A DNA stretch of 64,000 nucleotides from the NCBI RefSeq assembly GCF_009914755.1, contig NC_060934.1. One strand, 5' to 3'. The stretch comes from the human T2T-CHM13v2.0 reference genome, Homo sapiens. How positions within the stretch are numbered: the stretch's first letter is position 1; each line of letters begins with the position of its first letter. This document shows, piece after piece, positions 28,221 through 42,869 of the stretch. Made by a program: the position numbers and the translations under genes. The notes under the pieces were generated by a model. The model did no database searches, was not told the origin of the DNA, and was given only the letters and a program-made list of their open reading frames with translations.

Positions 28221-29646
28221 CCATCATCACTATCTGCATCAGCATTATCCTGTCTTCATTTAGATCTGTACACTCAAGCCGGTTGTCACTGCTTTATAAA
28301 TGAACAAATCATCAAAAACTGCTCCTAAGCCCAGGATGTCTCGTCTATAAGTAACCCTACACTTCCGGTTTCTAGAGGAGGCACATAACTTCTACCAGGA
28401 GATGGAATCTCATACATTTCTGTGGCTTAAGTTAGGAAGAAAACTGACTAGCAGTTAGGCAAGAATGAGCAGTAACGCTGATAAACAGTAGGACTTGTGG
28501 ATGCTATTAACTTTGCTTGCGATTTTCTGGTTCAGGAATGAACATGGCAAAGAAGCTCTGAAAGATAAGCCAGAAGAGACAGGACTGATTCTTTTGTGAG
28601 CATTCATTTCCTCACTTACAAAACTAGGCAATCATTGAGGGCTTTTTTCATGTCATTCATAATACAGGCATTTTATATTAAATAAATCAAAAGATCACTT
28701 GCAGTTCTAACATTAAATGCCTTGGGGTTATGGGTTTTCTCCTTCCTTTCTCTCTCAACTTGAACTAGTTATAAGAAATCAATAAATGTCATGTCAAAGT
28801 GTTGAAAATTATTATTCAGTTTCTGTCAAGCGAATTATGCTATTCCATGAAATACAATGGTGCTGCTGGGATCATGCTTGTAGGAATTATCTGAAACTTT
28901 GCCATTAAAGGCCTCTTGCATTAAAAAGCGAAAAGAATCTAACGTAAGGATGTATAATGTAAGTACTGAACATCTCATCAGGGTCTTCTTTCAGTTACAA
29001 TGTGTAAGTTACACTCAAGGCACTAATTTCCTGTTTGTTTGTAAGGAAGGCAATCACAGCCATTAAAATTTCTGCTCTACAAGTGATTTTCCCTCTTTTA
29101 CCAATCTATGTTCCTTTTCCGTCAGGTTACATCTTCCAGAACTAATTCCCAATTCATTGGCAGCAAAGTCTTTTATAGGGTTTAATGACTTTTCAGGAAC
29201 TCTCCCCAGAAACATATTTTAGTTCAAATTAATGCAACTATACATCTGTAACATAATTTCCCAGATAAAATTTATTTCATTCAACCAGCACGTACTTTGT
29301 GACTACTATGTGCCTAAATGAGTGCCTTTTCTAAAAAGAAATCCTAAACTAGACCACTTGGATCTTTGCTAGAATCAGTACGCACACATTGGTAAGTTAA
29401 AACTATCACAGGTATTATCATGAGTTGTCCTTAGAGAAATAGTAGTTGGGTGTCTGGGAAGCAAAGATTCTTTCCAAACCTAGAGACAGATTTGCTTTTA
29501 GTCTAGTTGGTAACATGCGGCCATTTTCTAATGCAGAGCTGCAAACTTTTTTCTGCGGAAAAAATTCTATCCAAAAAGGAAAATATCCCCCCACCCCTAT
29601 TTCTCTTCATCTGTCTGTTTCTGTCTGTTTCTGTCTATTCCTCTTT

Positions 29647-29720
29647 TGCATATATATATATATATATATATATGCATGAATGCATGTGTGTGTGTGTATA
29701 TATATGTGTGTGTATATATA

Positions 29721-29755
<35 letters not shown>

Positions 29756-29760
29756 GCATG
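29647..29760. repeat. Compound (TA)n/(TG)n microsatellite
   Basis: Direct reading. Explains the low-complexity ORFs at 29446-29797. Confidence 0.95.
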
Positions 29761-30358
29761 GTCCCTTACTCTCTCCAATATTATGTGCTGAACACATCAG
29801 GCTGTAAGGCTGTGTAGCTTTTATGTGTTTCTACCATAATTATGCAGCTTTAACCTTTACACATGAATAAGTTGCTGTGTGGGTGGCAGGATGAACAGTT
29901 AAAGAGCACTGCTGTTGCAGAACAAGAATGTGGGAAATAGAACAGCACAATGACTTAAAAACTTTATGCTCTCTTAAATGTCTTTCTGTTGTGGTTACAT
30001 TAGAGCAAGATCGGAAAAAATATCATTATGCTTGTTTATCCACAATTGCATTTCTTCCATCCTTAAAGAAATTTTAAAATCTTGTCCACGAAGATTTGTG
30101 TAGTGGAGTATCTCCTCTTTTCAGAATCAGTTGTTTGCAAAATACCCAAACAAAGCTTACATTCATCTTTCTGACCAATGATACTTTTATCCTGTCTCAA
30201 TTAAGAGAAATAAGGAAGCTATTCCTTAGTGTTTACTACACAGAGGTGTTAAATCCTTGTTGGATCTCTTGTAGAGTCCCTGGAATCCATGCGAAATACT
30301 AATAATTATAATATCTGTGACAATAACAAAAGTGACCCAATCCCTTCTAAGATGTTTA

Positions 30359-30360
<2 letters not shown>

Positions 30361-30393
<33 letters not shown>

Positions 30394-30408
30394 CTGTGTG
30401 TGTGTGTG
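30361..30408. repeat. (TG)n microsatellite
   Basis: Direct reading. Confidence 0.95.
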
Positions 30409-33109
30409 GTAGAGGAGGATTGGATAGGATTAGAGGGACACTAGTTAACAAAAAACATACATCACGTTTCTTTCCATGTCTTTGCCATTAAATGTTACTT
30501 ACATTCTGAACTGTTGCTGCCAAGTGACAGCTAAAAGCTTGTCCTGAAAATACAACCCTTGTTTTTTATTTCCCTTATGCCACTATGTTACTATAAGCAC
30601 TTACACAGAGTCCATGGACCTGGCAATGTACAACAGAATCTGAATAGAATTTAGATAATCAATATGTCCCTTTTATTTTAGAACTTTCATTGAAGGCCAT
30701 ACTGTTCCACCACAGGTGACAGGGAAAGTCAAAAGGAAGAGAAAGGGTTAAGGCCGAGGCTGTGAAAGATGCAGGCAATGGCATAAGAGTAACAACAAGC
30801 AAAGCCACAAATCAAGTTAACTAAACTGTTCTTTATCTGAAACGTGCTTTATCAGAGGCACCCATGAGTTAAACTGCTGAATGAACTTAGATGTCATAAA
30901 TATACTTACGAATTTCAAACACATGTTCATTTACTAACAATTCCTAATGACCACTAGTGGCTATAACCTAGAAAGAAGCTTTCACAAGCAAAACTCACAT
31001 AATAGCTTTGTCAGTGGGGACAAAAACTGAAGCATCATTTATCCTTCATCATAAACATAAACCAGGAGTCAGTCTTTCCTCTTGATGGTTTCTGGCTAAA
31101 ATCTAAGTTAATTTTTGGCTCATCAATTTCAATATAAATTGTATAAATGGGATGATATTTAGTTATGCTAAAATAATATGAATCTACTCTCAATTTTACT
31201 AAGTAATAGTATATGAAATGTTAATCATTGTTGATGTTAAGGATGGGTGTTAATTTAGGAGTATGTAGGATAAATAGAAGACATAACCTTAAGTAGAAAT
31301 GATTTAAATTTCTATTTGTGTTTCAATTACTATATCGGTGCTTTACAATGTTTGTTCTTTCCATTTTGGACAGCAGCTAGTAATCTCTGGCTAATTTTTA
31401 TGATAACCACTCCCACTGATAGCAACCTGAGTTTGTGGTTTAGTGAGACTATGTGTATTAAATGAAGCTGAAGCTGTCTCTCAGAGATCCTGGAGTGTCT
31501 GGGTTAATTGGAATGTTAGTTATATATGCAGTCACAACATATCGGTCTCTTTTTTTTTTTTTTTTTTTGCAATAAGAACTAAGGCTTTGCAGCGAGCTTA
31601 TTAAATTATTCCAGCACTCAAAGCCATTGTTTAAGAAACAAAAGCAAGTAAGTTTTTAGTTTATGCCTCTTGAGGCATGTAGAATGAGAACAAAAGGTTG
31701 TCCTCAATCTAGACTTGGCAAACTCTGGAGATGCACAGCTAATATTTTTCAGGCTGGAATTTGAATTTTAAAACATCTTTTGGATCAAGAAAGAAGCAAT
31801 TGCCATCCTAATCAATAAATACCAAGGGGATTTCCGCTTCTGAAATAAGCAGTTCTGAATTTATGGTTTTACTTTCATGTGGTCTAGAGCTTCCTTGTGA
31901 ATGGTACAATGAAGAAACAATGATGTGAAATCAACACTAATTGATGAAACTGTGGGAAAAGCGAGGGGAAACGACAACTAAGAGACATGATTTAAAGTCC
32001 TGGTGCTGTGTCTTTAATAACAACATAATCTATTAACTATCTGTAAGGTCTAAGGTCCCTTTAAGCTCTGAAATTCTGTGAATCGCTAAGTGAAGTTTGA
32101 TTTTCACTGAATCATAAACGGTACTGAGAGCCCACAGGCATGTTGATGGCACCAGGCACCTGCCAATGGCTCAGGAAGGGAGGAATAGGACCAGGTGGCA
32201 AACTACTCCGCACGTTTGCCAAGAACACATCCCTGCCTCTAAATGCAGTTAGCCTTAGCCTACATTAATTAAGAGCCTGCCCCCTTGCTGTTTCTGCTCT
32301 CTTAGCCTGATGGCTGATTCCCCATTTTTCCATTTTAGAATTGTGTGAAAGGGAATTTGTTTTGTTTTGCAAAAGGGCTTACTTGGCAAATAACCTCCCC
32401 CTCCTCTCCCTTCTCACAGGCACCATAATAAGCACCACCAAAAGAGGCTAATTTTGCCAGACTTGGATTCCATCAGCCAGCGCTTCCCAAAGATTGCCAT
32501 GTTATTGCAAAATTAGACTTTTTATTGCTGGAATAAATACTGTGCAGTCTTTGTAGCCACCACTTAATAGATTCCTTTGCTAATCCCACTGAATAACAAG
32601 GATTCCTTGTGAAAATAAAAGGCAGACAAGGTAGAGTAAACCAGCAATTACATATAATGTGCTGCTGTTAGCCTGCCAAAGCGGTTCATAAACCCTGCAG
32701 GGAAAGACTGGGGCATTTTTCAGGGCTTTCACCCCAATTGCCTTGCTGAACGCCTCCCTCTTGGTGAGCTGTTTACATGGAGGTGAATAGATTCTGCAGC
32801 TGTCTCTTTCTGTGGCCTGGTAGGAACGCTTTATTACCTTCTTTCCCTTGTTTCTTTCCCTGGGAGAACTCATTTTCTATCCTAATACCTTATTTATTTA
32901 TGCGCCAAAGCTCTGAGAAGGCCTTCAATACAAAAGAATACTGTTATCAGAGAAGCGCAATACACTATGTTGATTCACAGCATGGGCATCAGATGTAGAG
33001 GAACACATGTCTAAGTGCCCTCTCTCCCGCATTTGAGCTGGATGACTTTAAGGGAAATTGTCTAAGTTCCTTTATCCTTAATTTTCACATCTTTAAGATG
33101 AACGTAATG

Positions 33110-33656
<547 letters not shown>

Positions 33657-33701
33657 TTAGCTGTCAATCAATATAATATATGTCTGTGTAAATACACCAT
33701 C

Positions 33702-35469
<1,768 letters not shown>

Positions 35470-36406
35470 AATGAGAAGTTTTGTTGTAACTCTTTTTCTA
35501 CCTCCTAATTTCTTTAAACTCTTAATTTCTTTCAACTTTTTCTAAAACTCTTTGTATTGCTGTTATTTTTATTTATTTGTTTGGAGGATCATGCACCAAG
35601 GTAGTTCCTCCTCCTCCAACTTTTTTCCATCTTTATCACATATAATAAATTTTACTGGGTTTTGGAATTTATTTCCAAGACATTTATCAATTCAGAAGCC
35701 TACTCTTCCCTATTTCTAATCTATATCCTATAAGCCTGGGTTTTTGTGTGTGTGTGTGTGTGTTTTTAATGAAGCCAATACATAGAAATAATTGTTTTGT
35801 AAATGAATTCTATTGTCCCCAAGTTCCAATCTAATTTCTTCATTTGTCAGTCATAATTTGAATTTGTTGACATCCATGTGGAAAAGCACTAAGGCTTTCT
35901 CTTATTCCTGGAAGAGCATGGAGAGAAGATGACCCCATGCTTGCATGGTTCAGTTTTTTCCAGCCGTGTGGCCAGCGTTCTGGAGATCTGTAAAGGACCC
36001 TAGTTTCAGAAGGTAATTCCTTCCCAGGTGATCCTGTATGAGCTGTCCTGGGGCAGTGACAAAAAGACAATGAACTGCCGGTGTTGTAGGCTGGATTCAC
36101 GCCCTGGCTCAATCACTAGCTACCTGAATAATCCTGGTCAAGTTCCTTAATATTTCTAGACTCAGTAAGTTATTCTACTATTCATCATTTGTAAAAACAA
36201 CAGTAATAATTCTCTAAGATCCCCCTAAGTTCCTCAATTCCGTGATTCTTGAAGATGTTTCCTAAAAAGGCCTTTTCTAGAAAGCATGTTTTCTAGGTAA
36301 CTCACACAACAGAATATTAAGGGATCAGGTAACTTTGATTATTTTCCTAAACTTTTTAGATAATGTGACTACTTATAATTTGAATAAAAAATGAAAGTAT
36401 CTTGAC

Positions 36407-36731
36407 TGACATTTCCCAAACTATGTTTTAAGGAACAGTGTTCTAAGAAATCATAGTGGATATGCCATGTCTGCCCTCCCCTAATTCTAGTGCTGAGTGG
36501 AACACTTGGTACTATAGCCTCCTTTTGGAAGTCCACATGGCATATTAACACATCAAACCCTCTGAGAAGTCTTGCAGTAAATAAAGGCAACTTATTCAAC
36601 TCTGTCTTACTTGGACTGGTATGAGGTGGAAACATATTTACAACACACACCCACACCCCACAGCCTTTTTCAGTATCTATTAACATTCTGCTGAATACTA
36701 TTCCAGAATACAAACAATTTGGGAGAAGCTG
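36407..36731. mobile_element. Old hAT-Charlie-type MITE (MER112-like)
   Basis: Degenerate TIRs CATTTCCCAAAC ... TTTGGGAGAAGCTG, internal CTCTGAGAAGTCTTGCAGTAAA. Confidence 0.45.
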
Positions 36732-37238
36732 GTTTGGAATTGAGTCCTATATATTTGGATAAAGCTATCTAAATTTCAGAATTCAGAGCAAGGAGAGATC
36801 ACTGCAATACCTGGAGAAAGTGTCAGGTAGGCACCAACCTTGAAGAATGAGTTGAATTGGGTCACTACATCAGGCATGTTGCCCCACCAGGACTTGCCAC
36901 ACCTATGTGATGAGGTGGGAAACTTTGCCTCCAAAGCAACTTGTCTCAAGCCCCACAGCCTGGAAATTTCAGAAATGGTAATAAAAAATTACATGGATCA
37001 AGTCTAGTACACTTTATACTCATTCCTGTCCTTAGTCCTTATGTGCAAAATAACTCCATCATAAAGGAAGCAGTTTAACAATGTGATAGATACCAATGTC
37101 CATCAGTGATACTGAGCACATATAGCAGGAAAGCAGCTACAGAGATATTTTGAAAGGGTTGGACTTCTAGTTCCCCTCAGAATGTATCTCATGTGTGAAA
37201 GAAAATCCACGTCAAAATTGCCTCAAAAACCATGTGAG

Positions 37239-38258
37239 GGGCTCCATTCCAAGATGGCTGAACAGGAACAGCTCCGGTCTAAAGCTCCCAGCACGATCGA
37301 GGCAGAAAACGGGTGATTTCTGCATTTCCAAGTGAGGTACCTGATTCATCTCATTGGGACTGGTTGGACAGTGGGTGCAGCCCATGGAGGGTGAGCTGAA
37401 AGAGGGTGGGGCGCTGCCTCACCCGGGAAGTGCAACGGGTCGGGGGATTTCCCTTTCCTAGCCAAGGAAAGCAGTGACAGACTGTACCTGGAAAAACAGG
37501 ACATTCCCGCCCAAATACTGTGCTTTTCCCACGGTCTTAGCAACCGGCAGACCAGGAGATTCTCTCCCATGCCTGGCTCGGTGGGTCCCATGCCCAAGAA
37601 GCCTTGCTCACTGCTAGCATAGCAGTCTGAGATCAACCTGCCAGGCTGGAGCCTGGCTAGGGGCAGGGCGTCTGCCATTGCTGGGGCTTGATAGGCAAAC
37701 AAAGAGGCCAGGTAGCTCAAACTGGGCAGAGCCCACTACAGCTCAGCAAGGCCTACTGCCTTTATAGACTCCACCTCTGTGGGCAGGGCATATCTGAACA
37801 AAAGGCAGAGCAACTTCTGCAGACTTAAACATCCCTGTCTGACAGCTCTAAAGCAAGCAGTGGTTCTCCCAGTGTGGCATTTGAGCTCTGAGAATGGACA
37901 GACGGCCTCCTCAAGTGGGTCCCTGACCCTCATGTAGCCTAACTGGGAGATACCTCCCCGTAGGGGCAGACAGACACCTCATTCAGACAGGTGCCCCTCT
38001 GGGTCGAAGCTTCCAGAGGAAGGACCAGGCAGGAATATTTGCTGTTCTGCAGCCTCCACTGGTGACACCCAGGCAAACAGTGTCTGGAGTGAACCTCTAG
38101 CAAACTCCAACAGACCTACAGCTGAGGGACCTGACTGTTAGAAGGAAAACTAACAAACAGAAAGGAATAGCATCATTACCAACAAAAAGGACGTCTACAC
38201 CAAAACCCCATGTGTAGGTCACCAACATCAAAGACCAAAGGTAGATAAAACAACAAAA
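37239..38258 (+). promoter_or_regulatory. L1 5'UTR internal promoter (sense and antisense), YY1 site CAAGATGGC at 37250-37258
   Basis: Complete ~1020-nt L1PA 5'UTR. Activity is not demonstrated and many CpGs have decayed. Confidence 0.6.
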
Positions 38259-38680
38259 ATGGGGAGAAACCAGAGCAGAAAAGCTGAAAATCCTAAAAAC
38301 CAGAGCGCCTCTTCTCCTCCAAGGGATCACAGCTCCTTGCCAGTAACAGAACAAAGCTGGACAGAGAATGACTTTGACAAGTTGACAGAAGTAGGCTTCA
38401 GAAGGTCGGTAATAACAAACTTCTCTGAGGTAAAGGAGCATGTTCGAACCCATTGAAAGGAAGCTAAAAATCTTGAAAAAAGGTTAGACACATGACTAAC
38501 TAGAATAAACAGTGTAGAGAAGATCTTAAATGACCTGATGGAGCTGAAAACCATGGCAAGAGAACTTCATGATGCATGCACAAGCTTCAATAGCTGATTC
38601 AATCAAGTGGAAGAAAGGGTATCAGTGATTGAAGATCAAATTAATGAAATAAAGTGAGAAGTTTAGAGAAAAAAAGAGTA
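38259..38680 (+). pseudogene. L1 ORF1p N-terminal remnant (premature stops, truncated)
   Basis: MGRNQSRKAENPKNQSASSPPRDHSSLPVTEQSWTENDFDKLTEVGFRR, stop at 38456. Confidence 0.9.
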
Positions 38681-40321
<1,641 letters not shown>

Positions 40322-40914
40322 ACAGTGAGAACACTTGGACACAGGGTGGGGAACATCACACACTGGGGTCTGTTGGGGGGTGGGGACTGGGAGAGGGATA
40401 TCAGTAGGAGAAATACCTAATGTAAATGACGAGTTAATGGGTGTAGCAAATCAACATGGCACATGTATACCTATGTAACAAACCTGCACTTTGTGAACAT
40501 GTACCCTAGAACTTAAAGTATAATAATAAAAAAATTCACATCTCATAAACAAAAAAAACCAAGTGAGATGATGTATATGTGCATATCTCACATAAATATG
40601 AGGAAGTATTAATATATGAATTATATTAATTGTGGCATTTCTTTGTATTAACCTACATCTGCAGATTTCTGTGTTAAAATGCACATTTCCCAAGAGTGTT
40701 AAGATATTTAGACTTGAAACATGAGTGTAATAAGTACATTTGAGAGAAAAGAGACTGAGGGTAAAAGAAATGGGAAAAGGAGAAAGCCTAGGATGTCAGA
40801 ATTCCAAGTGGAATCCACCCTCCTCTCGTCCGTAGCTTTGCTAAGGACAATCTGGAAAGGTCGCTGAGGTGAGGAAGGGGGAATTGTCTGATCTCTCATG
40901 CATAATCTTGCCAT

Positions 40915-41480
40915 ATATTTGTTAAGACTCTTTTTAGCTGCAAGTAGCTGAAAAGCATAAATTGCTATACATAAAATGGGGGAGGGAAGAGAATATATTG
41001 AAAGAATTTGGGGAATATCTTAGAAAGACAGGTAATCCAAAGGTAAATAATTACATACAGAGTCCTGAGGAATTGAATCAATAAACAGAAAGTTAGAATC
41101 AAGTGTCACTCTTTCACTTTCTTTAGCACCCCATGGACTTACTGATTTGTTTCAAAGTGACAGCTCCACATTTCTTCTCTCTAGACTGACTTTCCCTCCA
41201 TGGCATGAATATGCCAGATGTGGCCGCTCTCATCCTGACTTCATAACACTTCTCAGTTTTAGCATGTGCCAAAAACAACTAGTACCTCTGAACCTTGCTT
41301 CAGATTCTCAGGACAAATTATATCAGCCTGTATAGGGTTCAGTCCCTTTTTCTGATCCTCTTAACAATGGCCAGGACACAGACTATGCAGAGAGTGCAAA
41401 CATGACAGAGGGCCCTTTCTGTGGAAAGAAATACCTCAAAATGGGGTAGGGGCATAAGCTGGGCTCAAATCCTAAAAGAA
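40915..41480 (-). mobile_element. Old MLT1-type (MaLR) LTR remnant
   Basis: TGTTAAGACTCTTTTTAGCTGCAAGTAGCTGAAAA resembles the reversed end of late MLT1 families. Boundaries approximate. Confidence 0.45.
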
Positions 41481-42484
41481 ATGTACTACATATTATGAAT
41501 AATATAGTCACTGAAAAGATACACATACTGACCTTTGTACATGTAGAGTCTGTGAACGTGGAAAGTGGAAAGATTTAAGATACCTCAGAGAAAATTGTTA
41601 CTATTATTTTTGTTGTTGCATAATCATGGGACATAAAGACTTCAAAGGGAAAAACTACAATCCAGGAAAGGCTTTAGAGAAGAAGTAGGGCTTGTGATTC
41701 ACATGCAGTTCTTTACTAGACAAAGCGCATGAAGAGGCGGGAGCAGTAGCAAGAGCACAAAGGTGCAAGAACTTCTACCTTATATATTGCATTGCATATA
41801 ACTGCTTGGTTAACAGAGAGGAAATACTTCAGAGGATATTTAGGAATGCAGGTGGTAGAGTCCAAATTTCAATTTCTGTCAACAGAATTTTAAAAACGTA
41901 AGTTGATAATCTACAAGAGATTATTCATTCAGGCAAATGCCTTTGCGCAAACAGTAAAACAAACAAACAAACAAACAAAAAACACAAAGGGAAAAAAGAG
42001 CAACATAGAAATATCTATCTGTTTCACTTACCTCTTTCAAGATATTTCAGTACACTCCAACACTCCGTGATGACTTCAACACACTCCAAGTGGTGTTCTT
42101 TTGTAATGTAAATCAAGTCTGATACTTTCTGGGATAACTGTGTAAGGATATCTTTTCTAAATTATGTTATTTTGTTGAAATGTACCAATATAGTGTTATA
42201 ATTAACATGAAAATCAAGGAGGGGCTTGGTGAATTGCTGACCCTCCAAATGTGATTTGCTAGAGAAAAGTCATGTGTACATCTTCAGGACCTGCAGATAT
42301 ATGAGTATAGAAGGTACAGATAACAGCAGTGCCCTTCAAACATGTGTGATGAGTTCTGAACAAGACCAGTAATGGAGGGAAAAAAATTTTCTTCAAGACT
42401 CATAAATATGTAATGATAATTATTATCATTAAAATCATGACAACTATCACCATTATCATCATCTTCATTATCATAAAATCATAA

Positions 42485-42718
42485 TCATCTATTTAGCACT
42501 TATTATTTGCTAGACTCTATGTTAGGTGCTTTGCAAGAGGTGTCTCTAAGCCGCTGAAGACACAAGGAGGTACATATTGTCATCACCCCATTTTACAGAT
42601 GAGGAAACGGATGCACAGAAATAATAATAAAATACCAAACACTATACATGTATTAATGGTAGAGTTAAGGTTCCAAATCTGGACAGTCTAATTTTAGAAC
42701 ATTTGTACTAACTTTACA
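42485..42718 (-). mobile_element. MIR with (ATC)n-like tail
   Basis: CCCATTTTACAGATGAGGAAACGGATGCACAG core. Confidence 0.8.
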
Positions 42719-42869
42719 TTCAACTTTGTATATTGGATATTAAGAATGACCTGTCAGTGGATAGGTAGCGCTCTCACTATTTGACTATTCTTTGCCAATG
42801 TTTTTCTCTAAAGATGTAGGTTCTAGTTCATAATATTTCAGATTAAAGCTGAACTCATCCCCATAGCTT

